A DNA stretch of 64,000 nt. Source: Entomortierella parvispora E1425 (taxonomy: Eukaryota > Fungi > Mortierellomycota). The stretch spans positions 2,294,001 to 2,358,000 of the forward strand of contig BQFW01000015.1 of the NCBI GenBank assembly GCA_020891255.1, in the 5' to 3' direction. The notes beneath the pieces are model-generated. The model saw only the letters and a list, made by a program, of their open reading frames with translations, was not told the DNA's origin and searched no databases. Within the stretch, counting starts at the first letter, position 1. Each line of letters begins with the position of its first letter. Made by a program: the position numbers and the translations under genes. Positions 25,230 through 37,558 of this stretch are shown here, in pieces.

Positions 25230-26705
25230 TTATTGCAACCAGGGATCCGCGCAGGCCTCTGCAGCAGAGGGCCGGAGCTCGGCCGTTAGGTTCATCAATC
25301 GCTGAGTGAAGGCAATGTACTCGCGCGACATCCCTGACGATTCCAGTGCGGCCCAGTTGGGTGGAGATTGAGCCTCGAGGGCGTCGTGGGTGTGATAAGG
25401 GTATATTCCACTGGCGCTATTGTCGACGAGCAAAAATAGTAGGAAGCGTTAGGAACAGTGCCTGTCTTCATCCATTTGCACCGAGAAAGAAGATCGCCAA
25501 ACCCCCCCCCCCCCCGAAGAGAAAAAAGAGGAGGGATCAACTTACACAACAAACATGGTCACGCCCAAACTCCAGATATCGCAAGCGCGATAGTTGATCC
25601 ATTCACGACGACGGATCCGCTTCATTTTTCGGACAACCTCGGGGGCCGCGTAGAGCGGGGTGCCCACAGGTTTTCGACCACTGTTACAATCGTGCTCGAC
25701 GGCCAGGCCCCAATCGGCCAAGAAGGCATCAAAGCGATGATCGAAATTGTAAAGAGTGGCCGAATCCATGGACGATCGACCATCGGTCGTGTCCATGTCC
25801 ATATAAGAACTTTCGTTTGCAAAGGTACTGCTCAGAATGCTAGAGTCATCGTCCACATGACGCAACGACCGACTGTTGTGGTTACGGTTGCGACGGCTGC
25901 TGTTGTTGCCCGTCAAATGCAAAGGGCTCTTTTTGCCCTCGGTCTTGTTGCATCCATTGCTACCTGTCTGCTCATTGGGTCTCAACCAATCCTTCCTGGT
26001 ACGGAGCAAAATATTCTCGGGCTATGTTCATAAATACACTCTGCTGTTAGTGTCAGGAACCACAAGAGGGCCTTCAATTGCAAGACAAGGGTAGGATCGC
26101 CTTACCTTGATATCACGATGGGTAATATCGTGGCTGTGTGCGTATTTCAAACATTCAAAGATGGGTTTGAGAATATGTCGGATCTCCTCTTCTCGCATGT
26201 TGATGCCATTCGAGTACGAGTTCAGGTCCGATTGCGCCAGCTCCATCACAAAGTAAAACTTTGTTGCCGTCTCGACCACCCGGATCATCTTGCAGATACC
26301 CGGTCCGTCCTTGAGGTAGTCGATAAACCAGGCTTCGTTCAACAACCGTCGGTTCTTGATCTCCTGCGTAGAGTCTTCATTCACAAAGCCGAGACGACGT
26401 GTCACGGTCTTGTAGATCACCTTGATGGCCAGATCTTGACCTGTCACGAGATCGACTCCTTTGTACACGTCTGCATGGTGTCCTTTACCCAGGACCTGGC
26501 CCTTGAACAACTTGTAGGAGTCGGCCAAAATCTTTGTCTTTTCCAACCAGTTGTTTTTGGTCTATTGGATGATTCAAGGATTGCCACCAAAAAGGAGAGC
26601 CGTTAGAAAATGGGTGAAGCAATAAAGGGCTTTTTTTGAGGGGGCTTGTGGGAAAACTCCTTACACTCCGACAGTACACCCAGTTAGGAGGTCTAGGATA
26701 AACAT
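25230..26705 (-). CDS. Ser/Thr protein kinase (CAMK-like) with a large insert before the DFG-equivalent motif
   Basis: LGKGHHADV, LAIK, HRDIK|PENILL (intron 26022-26105), ADWG, GTPLYAAPE, CDIWSLGVT and RPSAAEACADPWL. The start exon (ATG 26705) is tentative. Confidence 0.85.
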
Positions 26706-26832
26706 CGCGTCCTTTCCATCGACGCGCAGGCTCAAAGAAGCCTCTAGCTTCCAATTCGGCCTCCTTTTGCTCTGCAGCAAGCTATTGTGGATTTGGAATA
26801 AGTACTGTTAGCAGAGGCACTTTTTCATCCTT

Positions 26833-26873
<41 letters not shown>

Positions 26874-27189
26874 CTGGTGGGACAGGGGGAGACGGCTGGA
26901 CCACACGGTGGACGGTGGTGTTTGAATGGTGCTTGGTATGATAGGATTGGCAAGAGTTTGCTGGGCATCTTGATTGTCGTTTACCTTCTCTTTCGCAGCT
27001 CGGCTCAATGGTTTTTCTTTGTTGATCACTCGGTCAATGCGTTCTGCTGTTACGGGATCAAACTCTTTGATGACCTAGCACATATGAACATAGGGGTGGA
27101 TTGGGGGAAGCAGTGAAAATTGGCGGGAAGGACGTTCTGTTAGGTGTCTGGAGAATAGCTTCCAAAGGGGAAGAACACTGTGCGCAGGT

Positions 27190-29390
27190 TCATCTCCCCC
27201 TGCGCAGAACAGGAGGGTCAGAGTGAACCGGCAGAACGCACAGCAACGGAGAGCAAGAATGAGGACGCACAAAAGTCCGGCGCAACATGGACGAAAGGTT
27301 TCTGTCAAGACGGGGGAGAATAGAGGGGGCTGGAAAGGGGATTCGAGAGGGTCTCTCGTCCAACGTGCCCCCGAACAAGAAAAAGGAAAAAACAAGAAGG
27401 AAAAAAAAACGAAAAAAATAAAAAGGAATAGCAACAGGGATATGCATGTGTACTTGGGAGGGCAGGTGCATGGGTGAGTGAGTGAATGGGTGAGTGCGTG
27501 AGAGGGTGGGGTTGCTAGAAGGATATGTGGGGGAGGGATGCCCAAACAACGCGTCCATCTCGCTCGCACCTGCCCACGGGTCTCGTTCTCGCTTTCTCGA
27601 TGCTGCAGTAACGAATCATGCAAAATTTCAATCTCAAAAAGGAAGAGAGTCCCTCATCCAAGCAACTCAGGTCCACCCCTTGAACCTGATTCCCGCTCTT
27701 TTTGTCTTTTTCTGCACCCCCTCGACTTTGGACTCTCCTTGGATATGCTTCCCCTGCCATAACCTTCCTGTATTCGGCACGCAAGGTCCGGATGCAAGAT
27801 CAGGTCACACACGTCTCTGAAAGCGCACCACCCCTCAATCATCATTCTCAGAGAGAGGAAAAAAGAGAGGGAGAAAGGAAAAGAAAAGAACGGAGTATTC
27901 AAAATAAAATACAAACAGAATACAATCCGACTTACTGCAGCCTTGGTGCCCTTGGCAACAAAGTGATGGTGCAACGTCTCCTGGGATGCTGGCCACTGGC
28001 GAGGGATCTTGTTAAAAATCATCAGGTTCTTGGTCGGTTTGTCCAACTCGCCAGGAATCGGAGTCAAGGGCGTGGACGGTGCCAACAAGGGGGATGACCC
28101 CTTGGCGCTGTGGTTGTTGCTCCCTTGATCGTGGTTGTCGCTGCCGCTCTTTGTGCCGTTCTTGTTGACATGATCGTCGTTGCTACTGCCACTGTTGCTG
28201 ATGTTGCCACGCGAGTTGGCGGGTCGGACAGGAGTCGATGGCTCAATCGTCAGGCGCGCCCCCGAGATGGTCCAGGAGGGGCTCTCCGCACACGAATTGG
28301 TGCTGGCGCTCCCACCTGTGTTTTGGCTCGGATGCGACCCCAACGAATCGCTCTGACCTTTTTTGTGCATACGCCCACTATAGTCCTGACTATGATGATT
28401 CTTGTAGGGCTGTTGCTGATGATCCACAAACACAATGGCGGCCGTGCGACCACTCGAGGGCGAGTCATAGGTATTGCGGTAATGTTTGGAGGATAGTTGT
28501 TGCTTTTCCACCTGTTGTTGTTGTTCTTGGGCGACAGACACAGAATGGCCGTGGACAACTTCACTCTCAGAGCTGATAGTCTTGATGTGGTAACAACTCT
28601 GTTCCGACGGTGGTCGTGAGGCATCATCAAACAGGGTCGAAGAGGAGCAGCGGGCCCGCGATTGGCGCATGTGGGCTGAGGTCCCATAGGGATATGAGAG
28701 ATGCTCATGCGCCCCCCAACGTGCGTCCCCCTCTTCATCCCCGGCCATCTCGATCTCGAGCACCTCACCCTCTGCAAAGGCCTCCAAGGGTAGCACATCC
28801 TCGGAGATGTCGCTGGCGTTAGGAGGCGGGAGCCTCACTTTGTCACGGCTCTCGTGTGCACGGACAACGGGGTAGGAAGACGGGAAATGGGTGGAGCCAA
28901 CAGAAGCCATCTTTGTATGAGACGATGGTTGTTGTTGGTGTTCGTGTTTGTGTTCTGGTTGAAATAGATGTGGTTGAGGTTGTTGTTGTTGACTGTGTTT
29001 CGAGGAGCGATGGCGGGAAGAAGCAACAGAGGAAGAGGAAGAGGGAGGAGAATGGGGTATCGTTGTTGGACACTCTGTTGTCTTTGTGTTTGGCTGGGGT
29101 GGAAAGTACGAGATGGGATGGTAGTCGTGGTGATGAGAATGATCTTTGGTGGCAAACGAGACAGGGGTCAGCAACACGGCCGAGACTTCTGCAGAGTCCT
29201 CGTCGTCCATTCCTGGGACCATGTGACCGCGATCGTCCTTGTATTGCTGTGTTTGCAGCAACGAGGAGCAGATGGCGGCTGCAGAGGCCTCTTCCAGACC
29301 TGTGTTGGTGTGGTGATGGAGGGAAGGCTGCTGGTCGAGAGCGAGGCCGAGGAGGCGCTCGTTGACGTTGACAAGAGAGATCCCGTCCAT
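27190..29390 (-). CDS. Hypothetical low-complexity (Ser/His/Gln-rich) protein
   Basis: Long first exon within the 578-aa ORF ending at a gtaagt donor near 27935, followed by smaller exons. The 3' exon structure is uncertain and no family was recognised. Confidence 0.6.
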
Positions 29391-31776
29391 GGTTCGGCCG
29401 ATCGATCAGTTGAAAGGAGGGGAGAAGGGCGAGGAGTGGAGTGGAGAGTGGAGAAGACCGACGGCGTGTTGGGGGGAAGGGAAGGTGCCCGACCTGTGAA
29501 GGTTGATGTGGAAAGAAAGGGAAAGACAATTGTGAGACAACACGCGTGTGGGTCGTGACAAGACAGATAGACCAGATCGATCAGACGGAGGGAGAAAAGA
29601 GTGGAGAGAGGAGAGAGAAAGTCAAGGTGCGGTGCAATGGACAGTCAGTGTGATCAGTGAATGCACAGCATTACATCCCATGACATGAGCAGAGAAGAGG
29701 AAGAGGACGAGGAAGAGGAAGAAGAGGGGGCACACCCAAGCAAGCAGTGGACAATGGGAGCAGGACGGGGGGTGGCAGGACTGCTGGCGGGAAAATCTGC
29801 AGTGTGTGCATGATCTGGGAGGAATAAAATCAGGTGGAGAGTGCAGTTCCACCAAGGGAGCGAGAGGCAAGCGCGACAAGAGGACTGTGCCTGGATCAAC
29901 TGGTGGACGAATGCGAATGGATGCAGAAGGAATGAATGGAATCAAGAAAGAGAAGTGTCGCCCTCTTCTGGTCGCTGCTCTGTCAGGAAACGGACGCTGT
30001 CGTCAATTGCAATCAACGGGTCACCATGACAGCGCCTGGGCGGGAAGGCAAATCCCACGGAGGAATATGCTTAAAATACGCTCAAGGAGTGAGTCCACAT
30101 TGCAATTTAAGGTGTCCCGAGGCGGATCTTCCTCTGCCAGCCTCCGCTCGGCGTCAGTGCACCCGTCTAAAGACGGCCGATTGGATCCCAGCTGGTCAGC
30201 GCCCTTCCTCTCACCTCGCTCTTCTTCAAAAAAAGGGCGAAAAATGTTGCAGCTAGCGGGAGCACCACAAGCCCTGCTCTCTTTCCCTCTATTTTTTTTT
30301 TTTTTTTTTGAGCCTGCACATGGCACAAACCAGGGGTGGGCCACGATGTTTGTTGCAGGGTTTCTTGTGCAACAGAGAAACGAACAATGGCGGGAGTGTA
30401 TGGGTAACTGAAAAGAGTGTTGTGCGATCTAGGAAAACTTGATTCAGGGCCAACTTACGTGTCGTATCGAATTCGGAAAGGAGGTGTTTGCAAAAGGATT
30501 GCCGGTGTGTTGGTCAATTGGGAAGGAAGGAGAAGGGGAAGAAGGGGCAGAGTCCTTTGTTTAAGAAGGCCGCAAGTGTTGAGGGTCGAGGGTTCTGATG
30601 GAGGGCGCAGTTGAAGAGGACAGTGTTTGGTGAACGAGAAGATCGAGTGCGGAACTTGACGCAAGGACCAAGGTCGGTCTGGCGACAGAGACAAGTTCGT
30701 CAAAGGTAAAAGGAAGGAAACAGGAGAAAAGACGATACCAAACTGCGCGAAGCAATGATATGAGTCAAAGAGTAAAGGTGTGCAAGAAGCGAGAGAATGT
30801 TTGTGAAGTGATGATGATTGCCTAACCCTCGCCGCGTGTGCTGGCACGAGGACTTTCGAGTGGCAGACAGAATGATAGGGAGAGAAGAAAGAGTAAAAGA
30901 AGCACAGGATGGCAGAAGACGAGTTGGGAGAGTTGAGCAGGCGAGAATGAGGAGAAATAAGTTGGACAGGAGTGAATGTATGAAAGAGAGAGAGAGAGAG
31001 AGAGAGAAAAGAAAGAGAGCACAAAACCAACGACAAGCAAAAAGAATGATATGATAAAACAAATAAAGGTGAATGAGAAGAACAGGATGACAATGGACAG
31101 AAAAGATGTGTGTGATTTTGTGCAAGTGTAGAGGGAGAAAAAGAAAGGAGAGGGAGCGACGGACGAGAAAGAGAGAGCAAAGGCAATGGGTCATGTCCTA
31201 TTGCAGCGCCATCAAAGCAAATGGAACCACAAAGACAAAGCTGAGCCTTCGTTCAGGAGACAGACCCATTCTTGCGACGGAGACATTATCAATGAGCCAG
31301 GACAGCTTCAACGCGCGTGAGAGTTGAACCGTCCGTGTGCAGCTACGCTTTGTACACACCCCCGTCCTTTCTTGACTTTGTATTATGTTGTTGCCTGTTT
31401 GGTTCCTGTTCATGTGGCCCGTGCTAAAAGACCATGGGCTTGAAGTCATATTTGAACTGTACATGTATACTCTAAAGAGTTGCACACCAGGCAGGACAGT
31501 AGCGTTCATGATGAACGTTTTTGTTTGTTTGAGTGCTCTCGTCAACACCCCCACGACCAGGGCATATTAAACAGGAGTTGCAAGAAGGGGACTCTGTCCA
31601 CCTTTCCACCCAGATTGCTCTTCTGTTGTACCGCAATTGTGTCTGGATTTAGACAAACCAAAAAGAATGCTGTTCCTTGATCCACAGCTGCCTCTAGCCG
31701 TTGCATTCATGTCCAGTCGACTTGTATGTTTTCTTAATAACAGCCCCTCATCCCTTGTTTTATTAAAGCGCGTCCT

Positions 31777-31811
<35 letters not shown>

Positions 31812-32880
31812 CCTTCGGCAGTTTGTTGTATCAATACCAATGCCAGTTCATCCAATACAAGGATTGAACTCGGCGGCCTCGACACCGTCTTAAGGCAGCC
31901 TCCCTACACCAGGTTAGCTACTCGATCTAGTCTAGTATCACAGCCGAATACACGGTGGGAGGGAGATAGTTTTGTATGCAATGCCTTTCAAATGTGGGCA
32001 AGGACCCGTCCCCAATCCGAGACAACGTGTACCTGTTGGAACATAAAACGACCAGCTCAGGAGTCCCGCAGCGCAAATATGGATGTTATTCTTTCCAGGC
32101 ATCATGCAAGATTGTCCAGTGCACTCGAGATGTCGGATGTGGTTATATCTGGTCCATCATCTCTGCTCCGACCTACTCACCAGCTGATGCTGCTTTGCAT
32201 GACGATTTTCTGGTCTCCTACCATTTGTTAGCTACCGACAGAGTCTCGATCCCTCCAGTAGACTGATGACTCGGATCGGTCGGCGGTGCAGGAGAAGAAG
32301 AGATCGGTTAAGAGGAGTGCGGAACTGTTTCGTCTTCCAGGGACGAAAGAAAAATGTCGACTAGGAAGGAAAAATGTCGACTATGAAAAAAGACGCGGCC
32401 GATCTGGCCGATGAGTCGCGTTGGTCCGATGTTGCACAGCAACGAGAACGCACTTGTTGTCCCCACACGCGAAGCGACTGTCCGTTCCTCCAATGGCGAA
32501 TCGAGCCGAAATGTGGTCAGGTGATGATTTTTTTTTTTTTTTTTCCTTCTGAACAAAAAAGAAAAAGAACAAAAAGGCTATTTCACATGTGATCGGGACA
32601 GAACACACACACGGCACATCAGACACCCACAGGCCGGAGAGCGCGGCCCTGGCTGACTGGTTCTATTCCTCGTCATTTCTTCATTTCATTCTTTTTTTCT
32701 GTCTCTGCTTTCTGCTTGTGTTCTCCCTCCACATCCAACATCCAACATCCTTCCATTCCCCCCACCTCCTCTTTTTTTTTCTCTCTCGTTTTTTCTCCTT
32801 TTTGGTCTGATCAGTCCATCCTCACTCCTCTCACCACTCACCCCTCACCCCTCGCTCTCCTGTCACACTCTTCCTCCCCA

Positions 32881-33243
32881 ATGGCCTCACCCCCCAAACC
32901 CTGGGAGCGAGCAGGCGGTGTTTCTGCTGCTTCCTCCGCTTCTTTGCCCTCCACCCCTTCCGTCGCCTCCTCATTGCTTGCTCAAACTTCTGACATCGGT
33001 CCACCTGCACTTCCTGCCCGGTCCTCTGCCATGACTGGAGCTGCTTCCGCCTATAATCGTCCAGGTAAGCCTTGGCCTTGTGATTTGACCTCCCCACAGA
33101 CGCATACTCTGCATGTCCGCTTGACACACCTGGTGTCAAACGCATGTTTCTTTCAGTCTGGACTTATGAAGGAAGGCATGCACTCTTGAGGGGAGTGCTG
33201 TACAGCTGAGGAAAAGAGATGCAACTGTCTTCTTGATTGTCTA

Positions 33244-33276
<33 letters not shown>

Positions 33277-34812
33277 TGTTCTCTGCTCCTTCCCCTCTCG
33301 CTAAAGTGAGAGTGCCCATCGGCCGTGATTGTGCACCCGTGGGATGCGGATGATTTAATATTTTTTTGGGTTCAGAATGCGGCCAACTCAACCCTCTCCC
33401 CAGCCGAAGTGACCCACACATCCCCCGTGTGCATCCCTTTCTTCCGTCTGTTTTCTGTCTCTTTCCCGCATCTCTTTTTTCATCTCGTCTCATCTCCTTA
33501 CTGTCACTTTCCTCTTCCTTTGTTCTATCTCTCTCGTTCCCTCTTTTCGATCCGACTAACCCTCGTTCTCCCCGCTCTCTCTACTTCCTCTCTATCTCAA
33601 GGCTTAACCGGAATGAACGGATACGGCTCAAGCTACGGTACCGGCGCCGCTGGTTACGGAATGTCTGGCTACGGCTCCAGCTACGGCTCATCTTATTCCT
33701 CGCCATACAGCAGGATGGGCATGGGTGGATATGGTTCTACCTATGGCTCTTCCTACTCCTCACCATACTCCCGCATGGGTGGTGGCATGTACGGCTCTTC
33801 TTATGGTGGTTATGGCTCTTCTTACGGCTCTGGATATGGCTCAAGCTACGGCGGATACGGCATGAACAGGATGGGCATGGGCATGGGCATGAACGGCATG
33901 AATGGCATGAATGGACCTATGGGGCCTGAGGAAATGTCTCTCATGCAGCGCATGGAACAAGGATCCGCTCCCACTTTCCAGCTGATCGAGTCTGTTGTGG
34001 GCGCTTTTGGAGGATTTGCCCAGATGCTCGAGTCGACCTTTATGGCAACCCACTCGTCCTTTATGGCCATGGTCGGCGTTGCCGAACAATTTGGCCACCT
34101 GCGCGGCTATCTCGGACAGGTGCTGAGCATCTTTGCATTGTTGCGGTGGGCCAAGAGTCTTGCTTACCGTATGGTAGGCATGAAGGCCCCTGTCAATACC
34201 CAGGAATTGACAGCAGGAAACTTCCAAGAGTTCCAAGCCCAGCCCAGATACTCCAAGAGGCCCATCGTCATCTTCTTGTTGGCTGTCTTTGGACTTCCTT
34301 ACTTGATGGGCCGCCTTATTCGCGCTCTCTCCAACAGAAACCCCGCCCCCCAGCAGGGTCTCTTGCCTGGTCAGGAAGGTCAGGCTGTGCCTGCAACGGC
34401 TGTCGCACCCGTCAACCCCCAGAACCTGGACTTTGCTCGTGCACTGTACGACTTTACTCCCTCAAACACCCACCAAGAATTGGCCTTCCGTCGCGGCGAC
34501 ATTATCGCCATTCTTAGCCGCCAAGATCCTATGGGCCAGGAGTCGCAATGGTGGCGTGGTCGCCTTCGCAATGGTGAAATGGGTCTGTTTCCAAGCAACT
34601 ATGTTGAGATTATCAACAAGGGTGGCAATGGAAACAACGGCAATGCTTCGGGAAACACCTCCGCTGGTCTCCCCGGCGCCCCAGGCGCCCCCTTATCCTC
34701 GGCTTCTGCCCCTTCACCGTCCAATGGATTTCCTGCTCAGCCAACATCACAACAAACTGCTGAAATTCAAGCTGCTCTTGCAGGGTCAGCGTTCGAAGAG
34801 TTCAAGTTTTGA
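32881..34812 (+). CDS. PEX13: Peroxin 13 (peroxisomal docking complex, SH3 domain)
   Basis: MASPPKPWE start, Tyr/Gly-rich region, TFQLIESVVGAFGGFAQMLESTFMATHSSF, and SH3 FARALYDF..ELAFRRGDIIAIL..WWRGR..GLFPSNYVE. Confidence 0.95.
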
Positions 34813-35168
34813 GAGTTGGATCCTTTACTTCAACGACAATAGCCCTGTATTAACATCCACCCCTCCTTCATCTATTACTCCTCCACTCTTCCCTACTACT
34901 TGTCCTGCCTGTGCGACAATGTCAACCTATACCTGTACTATATATGACCCCACCAACAATAAAAACCACCTTTTGATGATGACCCATGCATGGCCCTGTC
35001 ATGAATATTAAAAGTGGAATGGCGGGAGCAGTCACTTTTTTTTTTTTTTTTTTTTTTTTTTCATGTATATACTCGTTTTTACATGCATGCTTTAGCTTCA
35101 GTCAGTCAGTCATCCCACACTCATTCGTTCACTATTGATTCAACCTCCACCTCTTTCAACTCAACAGG

Positions 35169-37250
35169 ATGGCCGCATCTCCGACCCGACCCTTTGTCTG
35201 TCAGAAATGCAACCAGCAGCTCAACATTGACGACTCGTTACAAGATATAAACTCGGCCGCGTTTGACCTTTTACTTGGTAAGCATGTCCTCACCATGACG
35301 CATTCGGTAGTGCCCATCGCTCACAGAGCTAACGTGCTGTCTTCTTTTGCTGTCTCCAGGACCTCTATCGGACCAGCATGGTCACGAACATACAACGGAA
35401 GGAAGTGACCAGAGTCATCCACCTCAAGGACTTCTAGGACAGGGGCAGAGGCGGCGAGGGACAGTCTCCACCGAAGCGGCCTTTTCGCGAACTATTCCCA
35501 ATCGTCAAAATGGTCAGGACTCTGGTGGGTATGGTCACCCGCCTATTGATGCCGCAGAGTCGTTTGTCATGCTTTCAAAAGGAAACCCAGGCGACGGAAA
35601 CAACAATATCAACAACAACCACAGCAACCACAGCAACATCAGCACTTCCCACAGCTCTCCTATCAACAATTATACCCGAGGAACTCTGTCTCCTTCCAAC
35701 TCCAACCAAAGTACCCGGCACAGCCATAATCAGTCCAACAACAGCACTCTGCCTCCGAACGGAACTCAGTCGTCTACAGTCAGTCGAATGAAATCCAACG
35801 GTGGTGGAGCAGGTGAGGTGATGGATATTGGCCAAAATCCAAATGACAGGACGGCCAAAGCGAACCGACTTCGGACAACTGGCAAGTTGTTTGACCTCAT
35901 GTCTGCAAAGTCAGATGTGGATCACCCGCTGTGTCACGAGTGCGCAGAAATGCTTCTGGAATCGCTAGCGAAGCAACTTCGAGATGTCTCTAGGGAGCGG
36001 GATTGCTATATCGACTTTTTACGAACTGTCAACTCGAATGTGGCCAGTGATGCCGAGATGGAAAACCTGGAAAACGAAATCAAGAATATTCAGGTGGACG
36101 AGGAAGCCTCCATTCAGTCCCTTCGGGACATTGAGGAGCAGCAAAGAGTGGTCCAGGAGGAGATTGCTATGTTAGAGCAAGAGGCTTTGGAGCTAGACAA
36201 AGAGGAGGAAAGGTATACATGCGTGTTTCTTTCATGTTTTGAAACATCGTCGCAATGTGTAGCCAAAGCTAACCGTCTTTGAATCGGGGCCGTTAGATAT
36301 TGGCAGGAATGCAATGAGTTCCAGATGGCCCTTCAGTCTTTTCATAACGAGCGGGATAGCGTCAATTTGAAATACGACTATGACACACGGCAGCTTGAGA
36401 AACTCCACAAGACGAATGTATACAATGATACATTCTGCATTGGTCATGATGGACATTTTGCAACAATCAACGGTTTCCGCCTAGGCCGCCTCCCTACCCA
36501 ACCTGTAGATTGGCCAGAAATCAATGCGGCCTGGGGTCAGACCTTGCTTCTTTTGCATACCATTGCCAACAAATTGAATTTTGAATTCAAGACTTATCGT
36601 TTGGTCCCACTCGGTTCTTACTCGCGGATCGACAAGATTGAGGGCGACCGGGCCAGTTATGAGCTTTATGGGTCAAGTGAAATTGCAATTGGAAGGGTCT
36701 TCTTGAACAGGCGTTTCGATCATGCCATGGTGGCATTCCTCAATTGTCTCCAACAATTAGGAGACTATGCAGAGCAGCTGGGGAACAACAACAATCAGCA
36801 GGGTCCTAAATTGGAGCTCCCTTACAAGTAAGGAGAAGCGCTCAGAGAATGTTGTGAAGGCCCGTACTTTTTAGTCCGCTTGGGTTGCTTACTTTGAAGG
36901 ATACTATCCTAACTCTGTATCTAGAATCAACAAGGACCGCATCGGCGACGCGTCTATCAAACTTCAGTTCAACCAAGGAGAGACCTGGACCCGCGCGTTG
37001 AAGTTCACGTTGACAAACACCAAGGTAAGTGGCGGTTACTTGGCCCTATGAACGTAGCCAATGAAATGAACAACGGGCTATGAACTAATCCTTTCTCTCC
37101 ATATGCTGCTCCGTGTGGGAACAATAGTGGATCCTTGCGTATGCCTCAAGCTCTGCGGCATCCAACATGACCTCATATACGCCATCTGCACCATCCTTGC
37201 CTATATCGCGACGCTCCTCTCCGGTCGTCAAGAGCGATCCAGTGTCATGA
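35169..37250 (+). CDS. ATG6: Beclin-1/Vps30 (class III PI3K complex)
   Basis: FVCQKC, AAESFVML, DVDHPLCHEC, a coiled-coil, KLHKTNVYNDTFCIGHDGHFATINGFRLGRLP, WPEINAAWGQ and WTRALKFTLTN. Confidence 0.95.
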
Positions 37251-37558
37251 TGAAGAGAGCGAAATAAAGCGGATACCATCCGCCCGTGACTTTTGTGCCT
37301 GATTTTTTTTTTTTTTTTTTGGGACAAAGGTGAAAGGTTTGCTTTTCCTTTTTTTTGCTCCTCGTTCCATTGTTCCTTCATTGTTGCTTCATTTCATCCC
37401 TTTCGGTCATTCTCCTCACACACTGTTTTGCGAACCAAGACCATTTAACTCGCATCTTAAAACAGGAGTAGCAACATTACGCGTTTTTTTGCAGTTCATC
37501 ATCTCCCGACAAAGTCTCATCTTCATCCTTCAGTTAAAACTCAAAAGACAGCCGCATC

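Noticed and set aside
31976-32266. 96-aa ORF with several Cys
   Set aside because: No motif, homology or supporting splice structure, and the length is compatible with chance.
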